A stretch of 64,000 nucleotides of DNA, taken from Alphaproteobacteria bacterium. Lineage in GTDB: Bacteria; Pseudomonadota; Alphaproteobacteria; Sphingomonadales; Sphingomonadaceae. The translations under genes were made by a program, and so were the position numbers. Each line of letters begins with the position of its first letter. Position 1 is the first letter of the stretch. The DNA is taken from the NCBI GenBank assembly GCA_030431875.1, contig JAUIIG010000001.1, positions 37,539 to 101,538 on the forward strand, in the 5' to 3' direction. The notes beneath the pieces are model-generated. The model did not search any database and was not told the origin of the DNA. It saw only the letters and a list, made by a program, of their open reading frames with translations. Below are positions 19,847 to 29,293 of the stretch, piece after piece.

Positions 19847-21298
19847 ATGGCTGGCACAGAGCCGGGGTTGGCGACGGCAATCGAGCTGCGCGACATGCTG
19901 GAAAAGCGGGCGATCTCGGCGGTCGAGCTGCTCTACCATTTCAACGACCGGATCGAGCGCTTCGATGCTGCCTTCAACCTCGTGATCTCGCGCAACATGG
20001 ATCGCGCCCAGGCTGAAGCGGCCGAGGTCGACCGCAAGCGGGCGGCGGGCGAGGCGCTGGGGCCGCTCGCCGGCTTGCCGATCACGATCAAGGAATGCTG
20101 GGAGGCCGAGGGAACGGTTACCAGCTGTGGCTTTGAATTCCTGCGCGACCACCGCCCCGATCGCGATGCCGACGCGGTTACCCTGCTGCGGCAGGCGGGC
20201 AGCGTCATTTTCGGCAAGAGCAACCTGCCTCAAGGTGCCAGCGACTGGCAGAGCTTCAATCCCATCTACGGCCTCAGCCGCAATCCGTGGGACACGGGCC
20301 GTTCGCCCGGCGGCTCTTCCGGCGGCGCGGCAGGTGCGGTGGCCTGCGGCTTCACGGCCTTCGAAATGGGCAGCGACATCGGCGGGTCGATCCGCATACC
20401 GGCGCATTTCTGCGGCGTGTTCGGGCACAAGCCGAGCTACGGCCTCGTGCCGATGCGCGGACATATCCCGCCGATGCCGGGCGCGCTTTATGAAGTGGAA
20501 CTGGGCGTCGGCGGACCGCTGGCCCGCTCCGCGGCGGACCTGGCCATGCTGCTGCCCCTGATGGTGCGCGAAGAGCGCCGCACGCTACTGCGACCCGCGC
20601 GGCATGACAGCCTGGCCGATTTCCGTGTCGGACTGTGGCTGGGCGAAGGCAGCGACTACCTGCTCGACGACGCCTATCGCGCCATTATCGAGGACTATGT
20701 CGCGGCGCTGGTGAAGGCAGGAGCCAAGGTGGAGCGGGTCGCCCCGCCAGTGGACCCGGACGAAAGCTACGACACCTACCTGCACATGCTCTTCGCCATC
20801 GTTGGCGCGGGCGCTCCCGGTGAATCGGAAGAATTTGCCGCCCATGCGCCCGATGACCCTACGGGCATTGCGGCGAAGCTGTCGCGCTACATGGCCAGCA
20901 GCCTGCCCGACTGGTTCGCCCTGCTGGAACGCCGCGAACGTTTGCGCCTCGGCTGGGCGAACTATTTCAGCGAATACGACGTGCTGTTATGCCCGCAGGT
21001 GCCGATCCTGGCCTTTGAGCACAAGGCGGAGGGCAAGGGCGTGCATTCCGAGCAGCTGGCGCGGCGGATCATGGTGAACGGGCTTGAGGAGCCCTACCTC
21101 GATTTCACCTGGCAGGGCATGGCCACGGTCGCTGGCCTGCCCGCGACCTGCATGCCCACCGCGCGGCAGGCGAATGGCCTGCCGGGAGGGCTGCAGATCA
21201 TCGGGCCGCAAATGGAAGACCTGACCGCGATCCGCTTTGCCGAACTGGCAGAGCAGGCCGCCGGCGGCTACGTGCCGCCGCCCGCCGTCACCGGTTAG
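19847..21298 (+). CDS. Amidase signature family enzyme
   Basis: [29 protein letters not shown]. Confidence 0.92.
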   Translation: MAGTEPGLATAIELRDMLEKRAISAVELLYHFNDRIERFDAAFNLVISRNMDRAQAEAAEVDRKRAAGEALGPLAGLPITIKECWEAEGTVTSCGFEFLRDHRPDRDADAVTLLRQAGSVIFGKSNLPQGASDWQSFNPIYGLSRNPWDTGRSPGGSSGGAAGAVACGFTAFEMGSDIGGSIRIPAHFCGVFGHKPSYGLVPMRGHIPPMPGALYEVELGVGGPLARSAADLAMLLPLMVREERRTLLRPARHDSLADFRVGLWLGEGSDYLLDDAYRAIIEDYVAALVKAGAKVERVAPPVDPDESYDTYLHMLFAIVGAGAPGESEEFAAHAPDDPTGIAAKLSRYMASSLPDWFALLERRERLRLGWANYFSEYDVLLCPQVPILAFEHKAEGKGVHSEQLARRIMVNGLEEPYLDFTWQGMATVAGLPATCMPTARQANGLPGGLQIIGPQMEDLTAIRFAELAEQAAGGYVPPPAVTG

Positions 21299-22893
21299 GC
21301 GGCGACCAGCTCCTCTTGGTCCGCATCGGTGCGGATGAGGTAGTCGAAGGCCGAGAGGGCTGCCTTGGAGCCGGAGCCCATGGCGACGACGATCTGCTTG
21401 TAAGGCACCGTGGTGCAATCGCCTGCGGCGAAGATGCCGGGGAGGTTCGTGGCACCCTTGCTGTCGATCACGACTTCGCCGTGCTGCGACAGTTCGATGC
21501 CGCTGTCCTTCAGCCACTCGGTGTTGGGGACGAGGCCGATCTGCACGAAGACGCCTTCTAGCTCGACGGTATGTTCGTCGCCTGAGACGCGGTCCTTGTA
21601 GACGAGGCCGTTCACCTTGCTGCCGTCGCCGGTGATCTCGGTGGTCTGGGCGTTCAGCAGGATGTCCACGTTGGGCATGGAGCGCAGCTTGTCCTGCAGT
21701 ACCTGGTCAGCGCGCAGCTGGGTGTCGAATTCCACCAGCGTGACGTGGCCGACGATCCCTGCAAGGTCGATCGCTGCCTCGACGCCGGAGTTGCCGCCGC
21801 CGATTACCGCCACGCGCTTGCCCTTGAACAGCGGGCCGTCGCAGTGCGGGCAATAGGCCACGCCCTTGTTGCGATAGTCCGCCTCGCCCGGCACGCCGAG
21901 CGCACGCCAGCGAGCACCCGTCGCCAAGATCATTGAGCGCGCCTTCAGCACGCCGCCATTCTCGAGGTGCAGTTCATGCAGCCCGCCTGGACGCGAGGCA
22001 GGAACCAGCTTGTCCGCCTTGGCGAGGTTCATCAGGTCGATGGCTTCCTGTGCCTTGACCTGCCGGTCGAGATCGGCGGTCAGCTTGGGGCCTTCGGTAT
22101 ATTCGGTGCCGGGCAGGTTCTCGATGCCCAGCGTATCGTTCAGCTGCCCGCCGAAGCGTTCAGCGGCGATGCCGGTGCGGAAGCCCTTGCGCGCGGTGTA
22201 GATGGAGGCTGCGACGCCGCCGGGGCCGCCGCCCACCACCAGCACTTCGAACGGAGCCTTGGCGGACAGCTTTTCAGCCGCCTTGGCGCTGGCGCCGGTG
22301 TCGACCTTGGCCAGCACCTCTTCCAGCGTCATCTTGCCGTTGAAGAAGGGTTCGCCATTCAGGAAGGTGGCGGGCACGGCCATCACGTCGCGGGCGTCGA
22401 CTTCGTCCTTGAAGGTGCCGCCTTCGATCAGCGTTGCGGTGATGCGGGGGTTGAGCAGTGCCATCAGCGTCAGCGCCTGCACCACGTCGGGGCAGTTGTG
22501 GCAGCTGAGCGAGAAGTACATCTCGAAGGCGAGGTCTTCGTCGAGCGCGGCAATCTGGTCGAGCAGGTCCTGCTCGACCTTCGGCGGATGGCCGCCCGCC
22601 CACAGCAGGGCCAATACCAGCGAAGTAAATTCGTGGCCCATCGGCAGGCCGGCAAACCGGACCGACTTAGTGGGGTCCGATGCGCGGCGGATCACGAAGC
22701 TGGGCTTGCGATCATCGGTGCCGTCGAAGCTGGCGGAGACCTTGTCGTTCAGCGTGGCGATCTCTTCCACGAGCTCGCGCGTCTGCGCCGACTTGGCATC
22801 ATCACCCAGCGAAGCGACGAGCTCCACGCCCTCGCGCAAGTTCTCGAGGTAGGCCTTGAGCTGCTGCGTCATGTTGGCGTCGAGCATGGTCAT
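21295..22893 (-). CDS. ahpF: Alkyl hydroperoxide reductase subunit F
   Basis: SCHNCPD, GGGPGG, YCPHCDG, GGGNSG. Confidence 0.97.
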   Translation of the reverse strand: MTMLDANMTQQLKAYLENLREGVELVASLGDDAKSAQTRELVEEIATLNDKVSASFDGTDDRKPSFVIRRASDPTKSVRFAGLPMGHEFTSLVLALLWAGGHPPKVEQDLLDQIAALDEDLAFEMYFSLSCHNCPDVVQALTLMALLNPRITATLIEGGTFKDEVDARDVMAVPATFLNGEPFFNGKMTLEEVLAKVDTGASAKAAEKLSAKAPFEVLVVGGGPGGVAASIYTARKGFRTGIAAERFGGQLNDTLGIENLPGTEYTEGPKLTADLDRQVKAQEAIDLMNLAKADKLVPASRPGGLHELHLENGGVLKARSMILATGARWRALGVPGEADYRNKGVAYCPHCDGPLFKGKRVAVIGGGNSGVEAAIDLAGIVGHVTLVEFDTQLRADQVLQDKLRSMPNVDILLNAQTTEITGDGSKVNGLVYKDRVSGDEHTVELEGVFVQIGLVPNTEWLKDSGIELSQHGEVVIDSKGATNLPGIFAAGDCTTVPYKQIVVAMGSGSKAALSAFDYLIRTDADQEELVAA

Positions 22894-22924
22894 GTCCTTG
22901 GCTGGGTAGACGGAAAAAGCGTTG

Positions 22925-23040
22925 GAGACCCGGGGCTGGGGGGGAGGGGGGGAGGGGTGCCCCGGGTCTCTTCGCGACCCGAACCGTCTGTGCGGTTTCG
23001 GGTGGACCGGAACGGGCGGAGGCCCGCTGCCGGATTCGGG
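22925..23040 (-). ncRNA. Structured ahpC-ahpF intercistronic RNA, three hairpins, two with CCUCC-type loops
   Basis: 12-bp stem GAGACCCGGGGC/GCCCCGGGTCTC with a poly-C loop on the mRNA; CGGGC-CUCC-GCCCG; CCCGAACCG/CGGTTTCGGG. Confidence 0.45.
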
Positions 23041-23045
23041 TGTGC

Positions 23046-23612
23046 TTAGATCTTGCCGACGAGGTCAAGCGAGGGAGCCAGCGTGTCGCTGCCTTCTTCC
23101 CAGGCAGCCGGGCAGACCTGGCCGGGGTTGGCGCGGACGTACTGGGCGGCCTTGATCTTGCGGGTCAGTTCGTTGGCATTGCGGCCAACGCCTTCGCAGG
23201 TGATTTCCATGATCTGGATCACGCCGTCCGGGTCGACCACGAAGGTGGCACGGTCAGCCAGGCCCATTTCCTCGCGCAGCACGTCGAAGTTCTTCGACAG
23301 CGTGTGCAGCTGGTCGCCCAGGAACGGGAACTTCAGCTTGCCGATCTTGTCCGAGGTGTCGTGCCAGGCCTTGTGGCTGAAGTGCGTGTCGGTCGAGACG
23401 GCGTAGACTTCGACGCCCATCGACTGCAGCATGTCGTACTTCTCGCCCATGTCTTCGAGCTCGGTCGGGCAGACGAAGGTGAAGTCGGCCGGGTAGAAGA
23501 AGAAGACGCTCCACTTGCCCTTCAGGTCTTCGTCGGTGACGTCAAAGAAGTCCTTGCCGGCCTGGAATGCGGTGGCCTTGAACGGCTTGATGGTGCTGCC
23601 GATGATACCCAT
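23046..23612 (-). CDS. ahpC: Alkyl hydroperoxide reductase subunit C (peroxiredoxin)
   Basis: [20 protein letters not shown]. Confidence 0.98.
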   Translation of the reverse strand: MGIIGSTIKPFKATAFQAGKDFFDVTDEDLKGKWSVFFFYPADFTFVCPTELEDMGEKYDMLQSMGVEVYAVSTDTHFSHKAWHDTSDKIGKLKFPFLGDQLHTLSKNFDVLREEMGLADRATFVVDPDGVIQIMEITCEGVGRNANELTRKIKAAQYVRANPGQVCPAAWEEGSDTLAPSLDLVGKI

Positions 23613-23687
23613 TGAAATATTCCCCTTTGATCAGGTGTGTGTTTGTGAACTCACGGAGCCAAATAGGGATTGATGCAGCGCAAAAAA

Positions 23688-23724
23688 GCGATTTTGTGCG
23701 ATTGCGAAGATCGAAATAATCGAT
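23688..23724. promoter_or_regulatory. OxyR-like binding site
   Basis: GCGA-N7-CGAT-N7-ATCG-N7-CGAT; same spacing as ATAG-N7-CTAT-N7-ATAG-N7-CTAT. Confidence 0.55.
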
Positions 23725-23809
23725 CAACCGTACGCAAGTTTCGAAAACTGCAACAGGTGTTGTGATTTTTGCAACTCGGCGTGCAGCGATTGCGCTGGCG
23801 GCGCCTCGG

Positions 23810-24679
23810 CTAGCCGAGAATTTCCCGCATTTCCGCGGAGATGGCCCTGCCGTCCTGTTCGATGCCATCAAGCGTGGCGCGCGCGAGGGCGCGATAGGTC
23901 GGCAGCGCCTGCGGGCAAGATCCCTCAAGTGCAGCGACATGGCTCCTGATCGTCTCCACGTCCCCGCGCAACAGCGGGCCGGACAGCGCGGCGAACCCCT
24001 GGTCGAGGCTGTTGGCGAGTGCGGCCCGAACGAGCGGGGCGAAGGTCGCCGTAGGGTCCGGCACGCTGGCCGCCTCCAGCATGGCCGATGCCTGCGCGAT
24101 CAGCGTCACGAGGTGATTGGCGGCGTGGCAAAGTGCGGCGTGGTAGAGCGTTCGGTCCTCTTCGGCGATCTCGACTGCCACGCCTTCGAGCGAAGCAACC
24201 AGCCTGAGCCCCTTCTCGCGCGCTGCGGGCTGGATGGCGGTGACGGCAAAGTGTGCCCCTGCGACATTGGGCACGTCCACGGACTTCTTGCCGGTAAAGG
24301 TCATTACCGGATGCAGCGCAGCTGTCAGCGCGCCAAGTCGAGCCAACGGATCGAGCACGGCGACCCCGCTCCGCCCGCTGACATGGAAGACCAGAGTGGG
24401 CGTCGGGAAAGGTCCTGCGGCTGATAGCTGGCCGATCACTTCAACCATGGCGTCGTCGGCGACGGCGATCATTACCAGGTCGCAGGCATGGAGCGCGCCG
24501 AGGTCGCCGGTGGCCTCGGCCCGGCCCAGCGTGCTTGCCAGCTGCTCCCGGTGAGCGGATGTTCGGCCCCAGATCAGGAGAGGTGCGGCAGACTGTTCGG
24601 CGAGCAAGCTGCCCAGCGCAGCGGCCACGCGGCCCGTACCGACGATGCCCACCTTCGCGAAGGGAGCAGTCTCAGGCAT
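23810..24679 (-). CDS. Rossmann-like plus DUF2520 domain protein (PanG-like ketopantoate reductase candidate)
   Basis: GTGRVA, AVADD, HVSG, LHP, YHAA, GPLLRGD. Confidence 0.85.
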   Translation of the reverse strand: MPETAPFAKVGIVGTGRVAAALGSLLAEQSAAPLLIWGRTSAHREQLASTLGRAEATGDLGALHACDLVMIAVADDAMVEVIGQLSAAGPFPTPTLVFHVSGRSGVAVLDPLARLGALTAALHPVMTFTGKKSVDVPNVAGAHFAVTAIQPAAREKGLRLVASLEGVAVEIAEEDRTLYHAALCHAANHLVTLIAQASAMLEAASVPDPTATFAPLVRAALANSLDQGFAALSGPLLRGDVETIRSHVAALEGSCPQALPTYRALARATLDGIEQDGRAISAEMREILG

Positions 24680-24682
24680 TGC

Positions 24683-25753
24683 TCACCCGCATTGCGCGCG
24701 GTGCAGCAGCTTCTGGTCTGCCAGCACCAGCGCCATCATGGCCTCGACCACCGGCACGCCGCGAATGCCGACACAGGGATCGTGGCGACCCTTGGTGCTG
24801 ATTTCGGTCGCCTCGCCGTCGCGCGTTACAGTATCGACCGGTGTCAGGATCGAGCTGGTCGGTTTGAAGGCCACGCGGCAGGTCACCGGCTGGCCAGTAG
24901 AGATACCACCTGCAATGCCGCCCGCGTGGTTGGCCTTGAACTCCACCGAGCCATCCGCGCCAGGACGCATGGGGTCGGCATTGCCTTCGCCCGTGTTCTG
25001 GACCGCGGCGAAACCATCGCCGATCTCCACGCCCTTGGTGGCGTTGATCGTCATCATCGCGGCGGCGAGCTCGCTGTCGAGCTTGGCATAGATCGGCGCG
25101 CCCCAGCCCGCCGGAACGCCCTCGGCCCAGCAGGTGACCATTGCCCCCAGCGACGATCCGGACTTGCGGGCATTGTCGACCAGCTGTTCCCACCGCGTCA
25201 CCGTTTCGGCGTCGGGGCAGAAGAACGGGTTATTGCGGATCTCCGCCTTGTCGAAGCGCGAATAGAGCAGCGGCACTTCGCCGATCTGTTCGACCCATGC
25301 GGTGATCTCGACCTCGGGGATAACCTTGCGAGCAATCGCGCCTGCTGCCACCCGCGCCGCCGTCTCGCGCGCCGATGACCGCCCGCCGCCGCGATAGTCG
25401 CGGAAGCCGTACTTGGCGTCGTAGGTGTAGTCCGCGTGGCCGGGGCGATAGGCCTTGGCGACTTCGGAATAGTCCTTCGATCGCTGGTCGGTGTTCTCGA
25501 TCATCAGGCTGATCGGCGTGCCGGTGGTCTTGCCCTCGAACACGCCCGAAAGGATGCGCACCTCGTCCGCCTCGCGCCGCTGGGTGGTGTACTTCGACTG
25601 CCCCGGCTTGCGCGCATCGAGGTACGGCTGGATATCCGCCTCGGACAGCTCGATGCCCGGCGGGCACCCGTCGACCACCACGCCCAGCGCAGGGCCGTGG
25701 CTTTCCCCCCAGGTGGTAAAGCGAAAGACGCGTCCGAAAGTGTTCCAGCTCAT
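24683..25753 (-). CDS. aroC: Chorismate synthase
   Basis: [30 protein letters not shown]. Confidence 0.98.
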   Translation of the reverse strand: MSWNTFGRVFRFTTWGESHGPALGVVVDGCPPGIELSEADIQPYLDARKPGQSKYTTQRREADEVRILSGVFEGKTTGTPISLMIENTDQRSKDYSEVAKAYRPGHADYTYDAKYGFRDYRGGGRSSARETAARVAAGAIARKVIPEVEITAWVEQIGEVPLLYSRFDKAEIRNNPFFCPDAETVTRWEQLVDNARKSGSSLGAMVTCWAEGVPAGWGAPIYAKLDSELAAAMMTINATKGVEIGDGFAAVQNTGEGNADPMRPGADGSVEFKANHAGGIAGGISTGQPVTCRVAFKPTSSILTPVDTVTRDGEATEISTKGRHDPCVGIRGVPVVEAMMALVLADQKLLHRAQCG

Positions 25754-26035
25754 GGCGACGCCTCTAAGGCGAAAATTGCGCCCCTGTCGAGCATTGTGCA
25801 ACTTTCCTACAGGCAATTGCCCTCGGTAGAGGCCGGAATTCTTGTCCTTCGGGTGATCGGGCAAATGGACGGCCGTGGTGTCAACTTCGTGCTTTCCGGC
25901 TGATCGTTTGAAAACATTGCAGAAAGAGCGCCTGCCGGCGATCGTCACGATGTCAACTTCGCCAATTTCGCCGATCCTTCGCAAAATCCGGAGAAATGCG
26001 TCGCGCCTCTGGCAAAAGCGCCCCGGCTGGGGCAG

Positions 26036-26050
26036 GAACAGATCATGATC
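26036..26050 (+). promoter_or_regulatory. Alphaproteobacterial LexA-like box overlapping the ruvA start
   Basis: GAAC-N7-GATC versus consensus GAAC-N7-GAAC. Confidence 0.45.
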
Positions 26051-26656
26051 GCAAAGCTGACAGGCAAGCTCGACGAGACCGGTGAGGACTGGGCGATCGT
26101 CGACGTGCAGGGCGTGGGCTACCTCGTCCATTGCTCGACCAAGACGCTGGCCGCGCTGGGGGCGGTGGGCGATGCCTGCACCGTCCATACAGACCTGCAG
26201 GTGAGTGAGAACGACATGCGCCTGCTGGGCTTTGCAGAAAGCAGCGAGCGCGACTGGTTCCGCCTGCTGACCGCGGTGCAGGGCGTGGGCAGCAAGGTCG
26301 GCCTCGCCATCCTGTCTGCCTTGTCGACCGGAGAACTGCGTGATGCCTGCGCGGCGCAGGATGCCGCCACGGTGGCGCGCGCCAATGGGGTTGGGCCGAA
26401 GCTGGCCGGACGCATCGTCAACGAATTGAAGGATAAGGCCGGGGCCATGCCTGGCGTTGCTGACGGCGGCATGGCTGGCGGCACGGCAGTCTCTCCTGCA
26501 GGCGGGGCGAGCGCCGATGCCGTCAGCGCCTTGCAGAACCTCGGCTTCAAGCCTGCTGTTGCTGCGCAAGCCGTGGCCCGGGCGCAGGAAGAACTCGGTC
26601 CCGACGCGGGCGAGGGCGAGCTGATCCGGGTCGCGTTGAAGAGGGCAGCGGGATGA
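26045..26656 (+). CDS. ruvA: Holliday junction branch migration protein RuvA
   Basis: [15 protein letters not shown] HhH, ALQNLGFK. Confidence 0.97.
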   Translation: MIAKLTGKLDETGEDWAIVDVQGVGYLVHCSTKTLAALGAVGDACTVHTDLQVSENDMRLLGFAESSERDWFRLLTAVQGVGSKVGLAILSALSTGELRDACAAQDAATVARANGVGPKLAGRIVNELKDKAGAMPGVADGGMAGGTAVSPAGGASADAVSALQNLGFKPAVAAQAVARAQEELGPDAGEGELIRVALKRAAG

Positions 26657-27048
26657 TGCGCAAACTGATCGTTTTCGGAGCTGTCACGGCCCTGCTGGCG
26701 GCTTCTCCGGCCATGGCCTGTCGCAGCGCCTATTCGGAGACGCACGTCTTCCTGCCAACCCTGCCGAAGGAGCTCGACCCGGGGATGGTTATCCTCCGCG
26801 TGGCCCCGCCAGTCGAGCAAATGGACGAGAACTACGTGGCGCGGGTGCGGGTGATCGAAGCAGTGCAAGGCGACTGGAACGGCGAGACTGCCATGATCGA
26901 CTACGGCCCCTTCACCAGCTGTTCGCGCGCCGACTTGCCGACGACCGGTGCCTACGTGGTTGGCCAGCGTTCGATCCTGCCTTCACGGTTGGTGGTGCGG
27001 CAATACCGGCGCGGCGAACTCGTCAACGAAGGACGGAGGGATCAATGA
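26653..27048 (+). CDS. Exported hypothetical protein with two Cys
   Basis: Signal peptide (PAMA-C); coupled to ruvA. Confidence 0.7.
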   Translation: MMRKLIVFGAVTALLAASPAMACRSAYSETHVFLPTLPKELDPGMVILRVAPPVEQMDENYVARVRVIEAVQGDWNGETAMIDYGPFTSCSRADLPTTGAYVVGQRSILPSRLVVRQYRRGELVNEGRRDQ

Positions 27049-27596
27049 CCAGGCTAGCGACAGCCCTTGTGCTCGCGGGCGCATTGCTTGGGACTGCCCC
27101 GGTGGCAGCGCAGGACGTGCCGACCTTCACCTACGGCCCGGTGTTCGAGGACTTCGGTCCCGTCGCTGACGTCGACATGGACATGGCCCTGCCCGCCGAC
27201 GCCTACTTCCGCGTGGCCTTCGATATTTCCGAAGCTGCCGAGCCGGGCGAAGTCAGCCGCCGCATCGAAAGTGCGGCGCGGTTCATCAACATGCACGTGC
27301 GCGCGGGCGTGCCCGAGGAACGGGTGCAGGTCGCCATCGTCGTCCACGGCCGCGCGGGCTTCGACCTGATGCACCAGGATGCTTACGGTGCGCGCAATGA
27401 CGGGGCGGAAAACGCCAACCTGCCCTTGATCGCCGCGCTGATCGAGCATGGCGTGCAGATCTACCTCTGCGGCCAGTCTGCGGCGGGGCTGGGCATCACC
27501 AACGACGATCTCGCGCCCGGCGTGCAGATGGCGCTGTCGGCGATGACCGCCCACGCGCTGTTGCAGCAGCAGGGCTATACGGTGAACCCGTTTTGA
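27045..27596 (+). CDS. Exported DsrE-family protein
   Basis: Signal peptide; VAFD, VVHG, IYLCGQS, VNPF. Confidence 0.82.
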   Translation: MTRLATALVLAGALLGTAPVAAQDVPTFTYGPVFEDFGPVADVDMDMALPADAYFRVAFDISEAAEPGEVSRRIESAARFINMHVRAGVPEERVQVAIVVHGRAGFDLMHQDAYGARNDGAENANLPLIAALIEHGVQIYLCGQSAAGLGITNDDLAPGVQMALSAMTAHALLQQQGYTVNPF

Positions 27597-27613
27597 ACTT
27601 AGCCATCAACCCT

Positions 27614-27642
27614 CGTCATCCTGAACTCGTTTCAGGATCCAT
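27614..27642 (+). repeat. CGTC-tagged REP palindrome, left copy
   Basis: CGTCATCCTGAACTCGTTTCAGGATCCAT. Confidence 0.8.
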
Positions 27643-27649
27643 CGCGCAT

Positions 27650-27967
27650 TCAGCGCTGGGGCAGCGGCGGCAAGCCGAGCCCCGGTGCGAGGTCATGCCA
27701 GTCGGGGTTGTCGCTCTCGATCAGGTTGATCTTCCATTGTCTGTGCCACCGTTTGAGCTGCTTCTCGCGCGCTATGGCGGAGCCCATTTCATCGAACAAT
27801 TCATAGCGAACGAGCCTGTGGACCCCGTGCTGGCTGGTAAATCCCGAGACTGCATCGGTGCGATGCTGGTGAAGTCGGGTAATCAGGTCGCTGGTGACGC
27901 CGATGTAGATCGTACCGTAGGCCTTGCTCGCAAGGATGTAGACGCAGGGTTGGCGCGGAGACAGCAT
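27650..27967 (-). CDS. Small standalone GIY-YIG nuclease
   Basis: CVYILAS...IYIGVTSDL..RLHQH, AREKQLKRW. Confidence 0.9.
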   Translation of the reverse strand: MLSPRQPCVYILASKAYGTIYIGVTSDLITRLHQHRTDAVSGFTSQHGVHRLVRYELFDEMGSAIAREKQLKRWHRQWKINLIESDNPDWHDLAPGLGLPPLPQR

Positions 27968-27987
27968 GGTTCGGAGACTGGTGCGAA

Positions 27988-28016
27988 ATGGATGCTGAAA
28001 CAAGTTCAGCATGACG
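27988..28016 (-). repeat. CGTC-tagged REP palindrome, right (inverted) copy
   Basis: Reverse complement CGTCATGCTGAACTTGTTTCAGCATCCAT; 26/29 identical to the left copy. Confidence 0.8.
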
Positions 28017-28029
28017 GTAGGGGGCTGGT

Positions 28030-29058
28030 GTGACCGACCAACCCATCCACTCCCCCGACCGCCAGCCGGAAGACCCGGACGCTGCACTGCGCCCGAAGTC
28101 GCTGCGCGAATTCGTCGGGCAGGAGGCGGCGCGGGATAACCTGCGCGTGTTCATCGAGGCCGCGCGTGGACGCGCCGAGGCTATGGACCACGTGCTGTTC
28201 TTCGGCCCGCCCGGTCTCGGCAAGACTACGCTGGCGCAGATCGTGGCGAAGGAACTTGGCGTCGGTTTCCGTGCCACCAGCGGCCCCGTCATCGCCAAGG
28301 CAGGTGACCTTGCTGCCCTGCTCACCAACCTCGAACCCAATGACGTGCTGTTCATCGACGAGATCCACCGGCTCAATCCGGTGGTCGAGGAAGTGCTCTA
28401 CCCGGCGATGGAAGACCGCGCGCTCGACATCATCATCGGCGAGGGGCCGTCGGCGCGCTCGGTGCGGATCGACTTGCCGCCCTTCACGCTGGTGGGTGCC
28501 ACCACGCGGCAGGGACTGCTCACCACGCCCTTGCGCGACCGTTTCGGCATCCCCGTGCGGCTGGTCTTCTACACCGAGGACGAGCTGATGCGGGTGGTCA
28601 CCCGCGGCGCGGGCCTGCTGGGCCTTGCCATAGACGAAACGGGCGCGCGCGAGATCGCGCGACGCTCTCGCGGTACGCCGCGTGTTGCCGGCCGCCTGAT
28701 GCGCCGCGTGCGCGACTTTGCCCAGGTGAAGGGTGCCGCCACCGTTTCCAGCGCTGTTGCAGACGAGGCGCTCACCCGGCTGGAGATCGACAACCTTGGC
28801 CTCGATGCCATGGATCGCCGCTATCTCACTATGATCGCGGAGACCTACAAGGGTGGCCCGGTGGGCGTCGAAACGCTCGCCGCGGGCCTAGCCGAACCGC
28901 GCGACACGGTGGAGGAAGTGATCGAGCCTTACCTCATCCAGTTGGGCCTGATCGCCCGCACCGCGCGCGGTCGGTGCCTGAATGATGGCGGATGGGCCCA
29001 TCTGGGAATCACTCCGCCCTCGAAACCGCAGGCTGGCCTGTTCGAAGACGAGGGCTGA
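28030..29058 (+). CDS. ruvB: Holliday junction branch migration helicase RuvB
   Basis: [29 protein letters not shown]. Confidence 0.98.
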   Translation: MTDQPIHSPDRQPEDPDAALRPKSLREFVGQEAARDNLRVFIEAARGRAEAMDHVLFFGPPGLGKTTLAQIVAKELGVGFRATSGPVIAKAGDLAALLTNLEPNDVLFIDEIHRLNPVVEEVLYPAMEDRALDIIIGEGPSARSVRIDLPPFTLVGATTRQGLLTTPLRDRFGIPVRLVFYTEDELMRVVTRGAGLLGLAIDETGAREIARRSRGTPRVAGRLMRRVRDFAQVKGAATVSSAVADEALTRLEIDNLGLDAMDRRYLTMIAETYKGGPVGVETLAAGLAEPRDTVEEVIEPYLIQLGLIARTARGRCLNDGGWAHLGITPPSKPQAGLFEDEG

Positions 29059-29293
29059 CGCTCGCGGTTAAGCCCATGCTCACCATATGCCGCGCCGTTT
29101 CGGTTCCATAGTGGGACACAGTGCGGGAAAGCCGCAGAAAACGGCAATTTTTTTGGCTCCGAAGTGCCAGAATCATGGTTAACGCAATTGCGGAGAAAGG
29201 TTTTGCGGGTCTCTTTGGCAGGCACCGGAAAAGGGGAGAAATGTCATTCGGACGTTTCCTACCCGATTCCGGCAGAGCTGAGAGAGACATTCT

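Noticed and set aside
25951-26049. 32-aa [15 protein letters not shown]... ending across the ruvA start
   Set aside because: No RBS, atypical composition and no recognisable similarity
25754-26569. Extended N-termini in the ORF track for aroC (also ispG to 43278, tim44 from 12635, DUF2306 to 16996)
   Set aside because: The extensions overlap real genes on the other strand; family-typical starts lie downstream
27614-28016. Classical insertion sequence or MITE
   Set aside because: No DDE or HUH transposase and no evident target-site duplication; reported as a REP-flanked nuclease cassette instead
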